64,000 nt of DNA from the human T2T-CHM13v2.0 reference genome, Homo sapiens. The first letter of the stretch is position 1; every line of letters starts with the position of its first letter. The translations under genes were made by a program, and so were the position numbers. The notes beneath the pieces were generated by a model. It saw only the letters and a list, made by a program, of their open reading frames with translations, was not told where the DNA came from and made no database searches. Below, piece after piece: positions 1 to 12,920 of the stretch. The stretch lies in NCBI RefSeq assembly GCF_009914755.1, contig NC_060944.1, one strand, 5' to 3'.

Positions 1-232
1 CTCTCCCATCACATTGAAATATACATCCAAGCAAAGGTAAAAGCTGAGCAGGACTGAAAATAGAGGAAATCAGACAGCCTGGATAATATCGACCTTCCAG
101 ATGCAGTCTTACCTGAAGGTGATCCTACCCCTAGACTTCTCAACTGTATGAGCCAGTCAATGGTCCCCTTTTAAATTGAAGTATTTTATTTGGGTTTTCT
201 GTCACTTGCAACCAAATGAATCTTGATTAATA
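1..232 (+). mobile_element. MLT1-family (MaLR) LTR, 3' part
   Basis: Ends ...TTGGGTTTTCTGTCACTTGCAACCAAATGAATCTTGATTAATA, typical of an old MLT1 3' end. Confidence 0.6.
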
Positions 233-595
233 TGGCTATGTATTTCTGATAATTCTCAACTTTAATCTGTTACATTACACATATAGCTCTATATACCTCT
301 GTCCTATAACTCTATGGTATAAATTTTCTTTACTGTAAGAAAGACCTTTTAAGTTGCAGTTCAATGAATTCCCTGTAATCTTATTCTTTTGGGGATCCAA
401 ATAAAATGTAAGTTGTAGATCAATTGCCAACAGCAACCTAGTATCTCTACAAAACTGCTTTATCATTAGAGAGATACACCAGGACCCCTTTCTCTTGAAA
501 TGCTGATTAGATTTGTTTGCAGTAGACCAAGTACATTCTTGAAACAAAAAATCCCAGGTATGCTTGCTGGAGAACCACAGCTTTACAGGTTCTAT

Positions 596-1735
596 TGGGT
601 CCGGAATTGGTGGGTTCTTGGTCTCACTGACTTCAAAAATGAAGCCGCGGACACTGGCAGTGAGTGTTACAGTTCTTAAAGATGGTGTGCCTAGAGTTTT
701 TTTTCTTCAGATGTGTCCGGAGTTTTTTCCTTCTGGTGAGTTCGTAGTTCTTGCTGGCTTCAGGAGTGAAGCTGCAGACCTTCGTGGTGAGTGTTACAGT
801 TCATAAAGGTGGCGCGTCCAGAGTTGTTCATTCCTCTTGTCTGGAGTTCGTCCCTCCCAGTGAGCTCGTGGTCTCACCGGCTCCAAGAGTGAAGCTGCAG
901 ACCTTCGTGGAGACTGTTACAGTTCATAAAGGTGGCGCAACCAGAGTTCTTGTTTCCTCCTGTCAGGAGTTTGTCTCTCCCCGTGGGCTCGTGGTATCAC
1001 TGGCCACTGGCTTAAGGAGTGAAACTGCAGACCTTCCCAGCAAGTGTTACAGCTCATAAGAGCCACGCGCACTCAGTCCGCAGCAGCAACATTTATTGCA
1101 AAGACCGAAAGAACACTGCTTCCACAGACCGCAAAGAAATCTTAGCGGGTTACAGATGTTAGTTCGGGTGGCCTACTTTTATTCCCTTATGTGGCCCCAC
1201 CCACATCCTGCTGATTGGCCCATTTTACAGAGAGCTGATTTGTCCATTTTACAGAGAGCTGATTGGTCTGTTTTGACAGAGTGCTGATTGGTGCGTTTAC
1301 AAACCTTAAGCTAGACACAGAGTGCTGATTGGTGCGTTTATAATCCTTTAGCTAGACACAAAAGATCTCCAAGTCCACATCCTCAGAAGCCCAGCCGGTT
1401 TCACCTCTCAGTGGCACTCACAGGGGACTTTGTGGCACCTAGCCCAGGCACTCCAGCAGCCTAGAGAGAGTTCATCCCGGCCCGCTGAGCCTGTGCCTAC
1501 CAGGAACCCATGCTGGCCCGCGAGCGCAGCGCACAGCCCGGTCTCCTGCCAGCGCCTCTTCCTCCACACCTCCCCAGGAGCAGAGGGAGCCGGCTCCAGC
1601 CTTGGCCAGCTCCAGGGAGGGGCCCCCACAGCGCAGTGGCAGACTGAAGGGCTCCTTGAGAACGGCCAGAGCAGATGCCAAGGCTGAGGAGGCGCCGAGA
1701 GCAAGCGAGGGCTGCTAGCACGTTGCCATCTCTCA
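596..1735 (-). mobile_element. Solo ERV9 LTR (LTR12 family)
   Basis: Minus strand begins TGAGAGATGGCAACGTGCTAGCAG and ends ...AAGAACCCACCAATTCCGGACCCA. Perfect 4-bp TSD CTAT (592-595 and 1736-1739). CCAAT repeats and ~120-bp U5-type repeats present. Confidence 0.95.
1171..1350 (-). promoter_or_regulatory. LTR12 promoter/enhancer: tandem CCAAT (NF-Y) repeats and TATA-like element
   Basis: GATTGG at 1213, 1261, 1286 and 1327; minus-strand GAATAAAAG near 1176-1184; LTR polyA signal at 1092-1097. Confidence 0.7.
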
Positions 1736-1794
1736 CTATGACATTTATTTTATATTTATAGTATTTTTACTGATTCCTCATCTTGGACCTTTCA

Positions 1795-2135
<341 letters not shown>

Positions 2136-2414
2136 AAATGTCTCAGGGATAACTCAGCTTGGGTCATGTGCTGACCAAAAGATATTCATTGTGGCCAGAG
2201 AGGAAGGAAGCTCTATTTGATGTGACTGGGGTCACCCATCTTTGAATCAAAGAGATGATGTGGCCCACCTCACCCTCCATATAAATTTTGCAGGACCTAT
2301 CTGTTGAGTAGAGGAGGGCTGCCTCCAAAGAAGGGATAATGAGGAGACAAAGTAAATATGTGTACAGTGCTCCTATATGATGCTTAAATTCCCTATAGAA
2401 TAGCAGAATATCGT

Positions 2415-2640
2415 GAACTTTTTTGAGTGCTTTTTATGTATCAGGCTCAGTTTCATTAATTGTACAGATATTATGTAATTTTCACAATAACTCTGAAGTG
2501 GGTACTATTAAGAGCAACACAATACAGATGAGAACACTGAGAAGATTTAATTGCAATTGCCTCAGATCACATAGCTAGTGGTGAGCATGACTAAGGTCAG
2601 GCCCAGGCAGCCACATCCCAGAACACATACTCTAAACCAT
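2415..2640 (-). mobile_element. MIR SINE
   Basis: TACAGATGAGAACACTGAG...GATCACATAGCTAGT is the reverse MIR core. Confidence 0.7.
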
Positions 2641-3160
<520 letters not shown>

Positions 3161-3249
3161 ACAACGCCTCAGATCACCCAACTTCCCCTTAAACAGTTTT
3201 GAGTCAAGAGACTCATCAGTTCTTGCATAGCCTATTGCATTTCCAGATA

Positions 3250-3480
3250 TATAGTGGACATTTGTACTGAATTTTGGTTGACCATAATCTCAATTTCTTT
3301 TGTAGACTTAATGAATTTCCCATAATGTCATAATATGTGTGTTGGTGAAAGGTAGAGCCCATATACCACATCTAAGCCCTGAAGACCAGATATTCATTTT
3401 CCTGGCTCCCTTGCAGCTAGGCTTGTAACATAAGCTCAAAACTTAGGCTTGGCCAATCATACCTATTTGAGACCATTAAG
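3250..3480 (+). mobile_element. Degraded MLT1-like LTR fragment
   Basis: TAGTGGACATTTG start; CTCCCTTGCAGCTAGG...GGCTTGGCCAATCA. Confidence 0.4.
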
Positions 3481-4029
3481 CCTGAAATGTTGCAAAGAAG
3501 GAACAATGTAGACCCTTGATTGCATTAGTCAATAAGGCAGAAAATCTTATTGGAGATAATTTTCAGATTTTCAGAAAAGGTAGATCTCCCTTCAGCTCTT
3601 CAAACTAATTTTGCTTTTGTCATTAGTATAAACACCGACAAATTATCAAGAGTCTGATAGCTCATGGCTCCCCCTTCCAAGTACTATTTTTAGAGATAGG
3701 AAGGAAGGATACTTTGCCTTTCCATGAAGTTTATCTCTAGATTTACCTTCTAGTATGCCACTGCTGTGGAATTAACAGATCTTTTTACACTAGCTTCTGT
3801 TTAGGTTTTTAAATTCGTTTTTTGTTTGTTTGATACTGTTGTTTTTTGCATACGTATGAGAATGATATGCATTCTCATTTTATTCATTTAAGAGAATTGA
3901 GAGAGACTAAGCAACTGGAATAGCACTCAGTATCCCAGCTCCCTAGCTTATGTTTTCAAAATTATCATATTATTTATTTATTGCATGCATATTCATTTGC
4001 CATTTGCATGACATATTTCATTTGATATC

Positions 4030-4300
4030 ACTGTCCAAAAATGGTAGGTGTTCCTGCCCTCATGGGGCTTGGAATCTAGTTGGGAAGTTGAAGCAAAAGC
4101 TGATGAACACAAGACAGTCAAAAAAATAGTCATAAATTGTGTTCACTGATAGGAAGGACCAGACAGGATGCTGAAAGAGAGAATATGAGCAGAGGGTGGA
4201 GGTGGTGGTCAGGGAAAGCCTATTAGAGGCTATGACCTCTCCATAGGGTAAGGAAAAGCAAAGCATTGCAGGCAGTGAAACAGCATGTAAAAGGTAACCA
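4030..4300 (-). mobile_element. L2 LINE fragment
   Basis: CCTGCCCTCATGGGGCTTGGAATCTAGTTGGG...GTGGTCAGGGAAAGCCT...GCAGGCAGTGAAACAGCATG. Confidence 0.7.
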
Positions 4301-4440
4301 TCCACATGACAGCCAGAATAAAGCAAAAATTCCCCAAGCATATTATTCAACAGCAATTGCAAACCTGCGATACTGAGACTTAAAGAGAAAATGGCAAGAG
4401 GTCTGGAAACTCATCCCAACAATGAATTCTGAGTGCCAGG

Positions 4441-4441
<1 letters not shown>

Positions 4442-4474
<33 letters not shown>
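4442..4474. repeat. (TG)16 microsatellite
   Basis: Read directly. Confidence 0.98.
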
Positions 4475-4475
<1 letters not shown>

Positions 4476-4600
4476 TGTTTGCTCAAGCAGGCTTGTTTTT
4501 CCACTTCCTCATTTTCCTAATGCCATCACACGGCTGCCTCACCTGAATGCCAGTCGCTGATTGAGGCGGCAGCTCTAGATCCAGGGAAACAAAGGAGAAG

Positions 4601-4614
4601 GTTGCTATAGTAAC
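4601..4614. promoter_or_regulatory. RFX X-box-like site
   Basis: GTTGCTATAGTAAC, a near-palindrome resembling GTTGCCATGGCAAC. Confidence 0.5.
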
Positions 4615-5429
4615 AGAGACCACAAGAAGCTACCATGAGAGCTCCTCCTCTTTCTCTCCAGAATCCCTCTGGCCAAGGGAGGCAACAGAATGGTCCTCCC
4701 AGCTGTGGGGCCCTCAGGGCATTTCCCAGGCACTTAGCTAGTTTGCCAACTATATCCCTTTTGACAGTTTAGGAAAGTTACTCAGTCTCTATTACCTGCT
4801 GTAGAAGAGAGAAACGACACAGTTTAGATGTTTCTAGACTGGATAGTGGTTTGGAATTATTTAGCAATTCTTCATTCCTATGGTCCCTTTCTCTCTTCAT
4901 CAACCTCTATGCACATAAACTATGCATCAACTTGTATTTGAGACATGATACCCATCTACATTTACCAGGCAAAATTGCAGTGCTCCCTGATGTACTCTAA
5001 TGTGAGTAGTTGCCCAAAATTCTATGACTTCTCACTGTTCCAACCGTGAAGAAGAGTGATTTTTTGAAATATTCATGTCCTGATCAATTTTAACAAATCA
5101 AGGTATCTGTAAAAAGATAATGCTTGACAGCAAATGAATTGAAGCTGTTTTAATTGGACTGAAGTCCCCTTGTGAGAATTTAATTTCTTTTATCGACAGT
5201 TCCAGGAATCCATCCCAGATAAGTTGGGATCTCCTTATAAAATACCATTCTCTCCTAGCTTTGCATACTCAGACATTACTCCTGTTTTTGGGTGCAGCTA
5301 AAGTCTTACTTAATTTGTTGTGTTTCCATTCTAGTCCTTAGTCTTCTTGGATGCTTTTCTGGAATTTTAGCCACTATGTGGCCCATAGCTACTTATGTTT
5401 TCAGTTTACGTTCGACAACTCAGTAAGGA

Positions 5430-5650
5430 GATACGGTTGAGAACATAGAATTTAGAGTTGGGTGGAACTGTGTGTTAATGCTGGCTCCATTACTAACTGT
5501 TTTTTATTGTTGGGATCAAATCTTGGCCAGGTTACTTGACAAGCCTCAGTTGTTGCATATGAGAAATGCATGTAAAAATACTATGTATTTTCCATGGGTA
5601 TCATGATGATTAAATGCATCAGGGTACCTAAGGCTCAAGGCCAGGCATTA
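5430..5650 (+). mobile_element. MIR SINE
   Basis: TTGGCCAGGTTACTT...GCCTCAGTTGTTGCATATGAGAAATG. Confidence 0.65.
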
Positions 5651-5876
5651 TACCTGTTGTAATGAGGGTGTGAGGATGTCATCTTAGCTGCCCAACAGGA
5701 CTGTGGGCTCCCCAAGGACAGCAGACAGCACCTCTTCATTCTTTCCCCGCTTTCCATATAGCATGTGGCAACCATAGACATGTAGACATGACAAGTGATA
5801 AAAAAGGTTCAATATAATTATATTTATTCTGTTAATTAAGCAGTTTGTTCCCCATCCCAATTATATGGCATATATA

Positions 5877-6024
5877 AGAAAGACAGGGAGAAAAGAAAGA
5901 AAGAAAGAGAGAGAGAGAGGAAAGAAAGAAAGAGAGAGAGAGAGGAAAGAAAGAAAAAGAAAAAGAAAGAGAAAAAGGGAGAGAGAGAAAGAAAAAAGAA
6001 AGAAAGCGAAAAAGAAGAAAGAAA
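5877..6024. repeat. GA/GAAA-rich polypurine simple repeat
   Basis: About 150 nt of almost pure A/G. Confidence 0.95.
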
Positions 6025-6816
6025 CATAAGTATCAGAAGCCCTAGCTAGGAACGGTATGCCCCCAGCAATCTCTCAACTTCAAGGTTCTGAGGGAACTTT
6101 AAGAAAAAGTTCAATCATTTCGTTTGTGGCAGCCATGCCTCAGTGTTCTCATAAGCTTCAATTAGCAAAATACTTTCACATTTCCTATTGCCACCAATAC
6201 GAGGGCTTCCATTGTTGGAAACAGATGAGAACTTTTTCACTCCACATGGAGTTTTCTTCATGACACTATCTAATGTGGTTTTGCTCAACAGTTTTGAATT
6301 GCTAGTTCCATAGGGAATATTCTTTAGCATGTGTGAAAAGTGATGCCAATATGTACATAAGGAAATATTAATGCACAGAAAATATTCTCAAAAATAGTGT
6401 CTTAGCCTTTGGAAATGTTTCAAATGGTTATCTGGGTAGATCTTAAATGCAATACATTCTCGTTCTTCAAAAACCTCTTCCTGTCAATGTTGACACTAGT
6501 GAGAGCTCTAACTGGGAAAGGAGACGCGCAGCATGCTAATCAAAGGCAAGGTGGCCTTGTGGTCTTATGGCTAGTTCTTACTCAGGCACCAGGTAGAAGG
6601 AACAGATTGGTCCATCACAGATGCTTGATTCTCTGACTAGGGTTCAAGGACCCCTTGAGGTCTGAGAATATTTTCTGTGGGTTGGAGTGCTCCCAGGTTT
6701 AAGACACTTCCCCAATAAGTCAAATTCTCTTTGTGAGAAGGGAACAGAAGTATGTGTTCAGGTAGTAGTAGGATGTTGAGGGAATCACAATGGAGATCTT
6801 AAAAGATATTGCTAGA

Positions 6817-7070
6817 AGCTGGGTACAGTAACTCAGACCTGTAATCCCAGCACTTTGGGAGGCCGAGGTGTGTGGATAGCTTGAGCTCAGGAGTTTGAGA
6901 CCAGCCTGGGCAACATGGTGAAACTCATCTCTACCCAAAATACAGAAAATTAGCTGGGCTTGGTGGCGCGCACCCGTGGTCCTAGTTGCTTAGGAGGCAG
7001 AGGTCGCAGTAAGCTGAGATCATGACACTGCTCTCCAGCCTGGGTGCGGGTGACAGAGTGAGACTCTCTC
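6817..7070 (+). mobile_element. AluJ-like SINE with deletion in right arm
   Basis: Alu dimer lacking the segment between the two GGAGGC motifs near 6992. Confidence 0.88.
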
Positions 7071-7075
7071 TCTCT

Positions 7076-7122
<47 letters not shown>

Positions 7123-7138
7123 CACACACACATATATA
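7064..7138. repeat. Compound (CT)n(TA)n(CA)n microsatellite
   Basis: Read directly. Confidence 0.95.
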
Positions 7139-7269
7139 GCTTGAATTTGTTTTATAATGCAGAATAATAATACTTTGTTATAATTAAAAATAAAGTATGT
7201 CATTATATGAAGCTAAAATAACATTAACATTCATTTGAGCATTAACTCAACTGTCAAGAACTGTTCTAT

Positions 7270-7380
7270 ATTTTATTGAGACTACATATAGTAAAAAGCA
7301 TAGGTCTTAAGTGTATTGATCAGTGAGTTTTGACAAATATATATATATCCATGCAACCAGCACCTAATCAAGATACAGAG
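7270..7380 (-). mobile_element. Old L1M 3' end fragment
   Basis: TTTTATTGAG...GAGTTTTGACAAAT...CAACCAGCACCTAATCAAGATACAGA. Confidence 0.6.
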
Positions 7381-7545
7381 CAGAGGCTGGCAAATTGCTA
7401 TCTGTGAGCCAATTCGACCCTGTGGAATGTTTTCTGTGTGGCCTATGAGTGAAGAGTGTTTTTTTTACATTTTTAGAAGGTTATTCTTTAAAAAGGCAAA
7501 GAAGAATATACAACAAAAAACTATACATGGCCCTCAATGCCTCAG
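7381..7545. mobile_element. MER58B/C-like hAT-Charlie fragment
   Basis: CAGAGGCTGGCAAA start; GTTTTTTTTACATTTTTAGAAGGTT...GAAGAATAT. Confidence 0.55.
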
Positions 7546-7785
7546 CTCATCAAGTGGCCTCAAGGGGGGCACCATTTTCTATTAATAATTTGCATGAAGG
7601 GTCTGCAAAGCTACCTGTGACTCTTTAATATGTGCTCAATTCGTATTAGTTAATACCTTACATGGAAATGATTTTAGTTGATAAGCTTTATGGAAAATGA
7701 GAAGGTCTTTTAGCAGCTGGTAAAGAATTCAAAATGAGTCCAAAAGCAGACTAGCAAATCTCAATTCTCCTTAAGATAGATGACT

Positions 7786-8352
7786 TATTTATTTATTTAT
7801 TCTTTTTATTGAGATGACATTCATGTGACATAAAATTCACCATTTTGAAGTGAGCAATTCAGTGGCATTTAGCAAATTTAGCACAATGCCGTGCAGCCAC
7901 CACCTCTATTTAGTTCCAAAACATTTTCATCTCCACAAAAGGACACCACCTGTATCCATTAGCAGTCACTCTCCCATCCACTCCTCACCCCCTACCTTTC
8001 CAGGCTCCTGAAATCCCCTAAGCTGCTGTATGTTTCTATGGATTTACCTATTCTGTATGTTTCATATAAAACGAATCATAGAATATGTGACCTTTCATGT
8101 CTGGCTTTTTCCACTTAGCATAGTTTTCTAGGCTCATCCACATTGCAGCATAGATCAGTACTTCATTCTTTTTATGGCTGAATAGTATTTCACTGTAGGT
8201 ATAGACCAGACCACAATTCATTTATCCATTCATCAGTGGATGGCCCTTTGGGTTGCTTCTACAAACCTTTAGGTTATTGTGAATGGTGCTTCTATAGACA
8301 TGCACCTGCATGGATTTGTTTGCATATCTGTTTCAGTTCTTTTGGGTACATA
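7786..8352 (-). mobile_element. L1MB-type LINE 3' end
   Basis: CATAAAATTCACCATTTTGAAGTG...ATGGATTTACCTATTCTG...CTTCATTCTTTTTATGGCTGAATAGTATT. Confidence 0.85.
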
Positions 8353-8500
8353 TTAGCTTGATGTTTTTGAAACTGCAGTCTACGGAGGTAGGTAGAGATA
8401 TTTGATGTTTGGGTGGTAATGGTGGAAGGCTCTAGGATTTCTCAGGTTTGAAAGCCACTGTATATTTTCTTTATACAAAATATAACAGTATAAAAGTCTC

Positions 8501-8827
<327 letters not shown>

Positions 8828-9042
8828 TTATCCATGTGGGGAAAAAAGTGAACAGTAGTTTATTGCAAAGCTTAGTGAATCCTTTAGTAATCTGCTGAAT
8901 AAAAATGCTCCACTGAGAGGCAGAGAGGCCAGAAGGCTTCTTTGGACAGTTAATTTTCCCAAGCTTTGCAGAGCACTTGCTGCTGAGATGTCATGTAATG
9001 TCCTCACTGGGTTAAGTAGGGCTCCTTTCCACCCTTTTAGTT

Positions 9043-9208
9043 TAGGGCTCCAGATAAAAAGCAAGAAGCCCAGTTAAATTTGAATTTTACATAAGCAACA
9101 AATAACTTTTAATATAAATATCTCCAGTATTGCATTATTTACTGTTTTTCTGATATTCAAATTTAACTGGGCATCCTTTATTTTTAGTCACTAAATCTGG
9201 TGACTCTA
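9043..9208. mobile_element. MER53 palindromic non-autonomous DNA transposon
   Basis: TAGGGCTCCAGATAAAA...AAATCTGGTGACTCTA; perfect 18-bp inverted arms GCCCAGTTAAATTTGAAT (9068-9085 and 9155-9172). Confidence 0.85.
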
Positions 9209-10734
9209 TTTTTATTGCCCTGGGAGAGGGTAGCTGATTTGCAGTGAATTGTAGAAGATACCCTATCAGCGGAGATGCTTTGCTCACTCATTTTCCCGTG
9301 AGAGAGCCATTTCCCTTTTTATATAAATAATGTAAAAATTTGGAGATAAAGTATGTGGGGCATAAGGAAGGTGAAATGGAGCCTTTACAACGTAAAGTGC
9401 TTTCTCCCTGGCCTTAGTTCATTAGTGAAATCTAGTGATTTAAATTACCCAGCTAACCTCTTCCGCCACTGCAAGATTATAAATCAAGTAGGTGGCTACT
9501 ACCTGAAGGAGTTGTAGGGTCTTTGCAGAAGGTTCTTATCAAGCTAAGAGGGGCAGAAAATTTCCTATTACTGTGTCATGCATAAATGGTAATGCCTGAA
9601 CCTCCACTTACAGCATATTACCTCTATGCAATTCACTGGCTAAAATAAAAGAAACAAAATAGGAACATTTTCGCTTCTTTGCATTACAGAGGAATAAATA
9701 AGATGGCAAGGGTCTGTCTGCAAAAGGGCTGATGCTATGAAATACTTCAAATGCTACCAGATAGAGACAGACTCAATTGAATACAGAGAACCTATTAAAG
9801 GTATTTATCTGTCTGTCTTTCTCCCTTTATTTTTGTCTGTCTCTGTGCCTTTACTTTGTGTGAAATTTTGAGAGATGAATTCCATTTTCTATTAATTCAA
9901 TGGCTGTCATATTGCATTACATCATGCAGCTCGAATCACAACAATGAGACGTTAGGGTTTAAATTAATAATATTGCAACACATCACTTGCTAAAGCAGTG
10001 TATTTAATCCCATCTAGCCTGCTCAGGTAGCCTGACTTCTGCCCAGTGCCTTGAATCTGCAGATTGCAGTAGAATTACCCAAGTTCAATTGCAAACAACC
10101 TATAATTGTGAGCTGAGGACTTGAGCTTCATGGTAGAAAGCATTAATTTAATATACTGGTGAGATGTAACAAGCTTAATTTCTTTTAGTAAAATGGTTGT
10201 CGGGGGGGTGGTGGGTGCAGGGATTTTGAGGTTTCTGAGCAGCATTTTCTATTCCTAGAAATACCCTCAACAAATAGTTGTGCTATGTACAATTGCCTTA
10301 CATGGTGTGTTAACTAAAGCCGCCAAGAAAGGGAGAAGCTGGAGGGATACAGGTAAGAGAAGATCCTTTGAGGAACGTATAGATTTGGTGAACTGTTCAG
10401 AATGCATTTCCACAGACATTAAATTGAGAGCACAACCCCTCCCCAAATGACTGTAGCATGAACATTCAACCCATACTGTTCCACGTCTGAAAGAGAGTAA
10501 AACTGGATGAACAAAGAGGAAAATGAGTCCAAAGCACATCAAAAATATTCCTTACCCAAAGCAGATTGTTCTCACAGGGCTTTTTTCACATGCAGATGCT
10601 TTTACTGTGGAAACAAAACAAAATAATTAATGACTCTACATTTCAGGAAGCGAGAGAGGCATTTTGGAAATCCGAATACTGTCATAAGCTGCATAACGAC
10701 TTTTTGGTTAACCAGGGATTGCATATACAATATT

Positions 10735-10986
10735 TCTGCATTTAGGTATGTTTAGATACACAACTACTAACCCTTGTGTTACATTTGCCTGCAGTACTCA
10801 GTACAGTCATGCACTACTACACAAGTTTGTAGCCTAGGAGCAGGAGGCTAGCCCATATAGCCTAGGTGTGCAGCAGGCTATGCCATCTAGGTTTATGTCA
10901 GTGCACTCTGTGATATTCACACAACAATAAAATCGCCTAACGATGCATCTCAGAACCTACCCTCATCATTAAGCAACACATGACTG
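10735..10986 (-). mobile_element. Tigger3-like TcMar DNA transposon end
   Basis: TTTGTAGCCTAGGAGCA...AAATCGCCTAACGATGCATCTCAGAAC...TTAAGCAACACATGACTG followed by TA. Confidence 0.85.
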
Positions 10987-12202
10987 TAATTATCACCAGC
11001 ACTAAGAGAGAGGTATGTGAAGGGCCAGCCCTCTGAGTTCCTGCTTCCTGGTTCCCTCCGAGTTCCCCCATACCTCTCTGGAGCCCCTGATCGCTTCCTC
11101 GGGCCATGTACATTTCCAACCATCACCAGCTCTAGATAAACAAACAGACAGAGGATTCGTATGTGGCCTTCGTTAAGGTGGGTGCCAATTGTCAAATTAG
11201 TTTCTGCCCAACCTGCCGAGTGCAAATGCAAATCCACCACCCCCGGCGCTGCCTCATTTGCAGTTATTGATTCATGTTTGACTGTGAGTTCAAAAAATGT
11301 TGTCTTTGAAGCTTCCCCATCTATGCTTGGCTTCCTGGGTCCAGGTGGCTCGGGGATCCCTGGCAGTCATTTTGATCTCTGTATTCCAAACACCAACGCA
11401 GGTCATTTCAGGTAACTTAAAAGCAAGATACAATCAGAAAGGATTTGGAAATGAAGTCTTTGCCTTGTCACATTAATGCGGTCCTATCAAGTGGTAGTTT
11501 ATCAAGAGCCACCTCACAAGGTTTTAATGAGCATGCTGCCTGTTCTTGTACAATACTAATTAATCCCATTTTTTCACACTGCCGTGATTGCTTCATGAAA
11601 CCCACATTGTTTTATACTCAGTAGCAAAGCGCCTCTTACTGATTAAATCTCCTTGCCTGCGATGGAGCCTGACAACTGAATTATACCTTGCTCAAAATAA
11701 TAATGGGTATCAGCTAATAAATACGGTTTAACACACACAAAACTATGCAGCCAAAATCACACCACAAAATAGGAGTTTGACTTATAGGCTCAGCAGTGTT
11801 TCATTAAACATCTGTATTATAATTCACTGGTTTTCCAACTGATGTAATAACTTAATTGATGAGAACAAAGACAAGCTTATTTATTCACCCAATTGCTTGC
11901 TTCTTGACTAACGTTTTTCCTGGGTGTTATTGTGGAAATAAATATGCAATATTCTTTTTATAGAAGTCTAATTTAGGTCCTTTTTTTCCCCTATTGAGAA
12001 GTCAGCATCACCATCTGTATCTGACAAATTCTTGCTGCTTTGCAACGGAAGCATTTCGATAAGATGGGAGGTGGTGTTTACCCTGATATTCAGACTGGCT
12101 AGCCGATGTGAGAGGGGAAGCATTGGTCTCCTAGCCCCCTGGGTAGTGCATGATGAGTGTTCCCTGATTTCCCTCACAAGGCTGAAAATGCCATCTAATG
12201 GA

Positions 12203-12232
12203 ACACACACACAACACACACACACACGCACA
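12203..12232. repeat. Imperfect (CA)n
   Basis: Read directly. Confidence 0.9.
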
Positions 12233-12734
12233 CCCCTCTCATCTAATGCGTTAAATTAATTCCACCAAAGTTGAGCTGATTTTGTGTGTCTCATGAAATG
12301 GCACGGACACACTCATCTCCAGCTTGTGTCTCCCCACCCACATTTAAGTGCTACCAGAAACCAACCAATTTGGTGAGAAAATCACACCCAGAATTTTTAA
12401 TTTGTATAAGGTCTGTTTCAGCTGGATATAGAAGCCAATAACTGGTGTGATTTTTGTCATCCCTCTAGCTTTGGGCTGTATGTCTTTCAGTACCAGCTAT
12501 TTAATAAATATGCATTGAACTCTCTGGGTTTCTTTTTCCATGAGGTAGGCTGTTGGCCTGATTTGACCACATCTTTTCTTCCAGTGATGCTTCGGGGAAG
12601 CCTGAGTGCTTTCCCAATCTCGTGAACTTTCCACTCTGCTCACACTCTATGTAGTCGCCAGCTCAATTTTCTGACTCTGACCTTGACTGTGAACTCCATG
12701 AGGATGGACACTTCCAAATAATATTACTTGAGAA

Positions 12735-12920
12735 CTCAGTTATGTTTCAGGAACTGTTCTAAGCCTTGGGGATACTCTGATTAAGAGAGGAAGTCCTGGT
12801 GCTCATGGAGCTTGCATTCTACTGGGGGAGACAGGTGAGAATCAGGCAAGTAAGTGCATGTATAATACAGAATATGATATCTGCCACTGATAAGTGCTAT
12901 GAGGAAAAATACAGCAAGTG
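12735..12920 (-). mobile_element. L2 LINE 3' fragment
   Basis: TGCTCATGGAGCTTGCATTCTACTGGGGGAGACAG...GATAAGTGCTATGAGGAAAAATA. Confidence 0.75.

Noticed and set aside
564-1736. Cluster of overlapping ORFs
   Set aside because: They lie in or overlap a solo LTR12 and show no gag/pol/env similarity.
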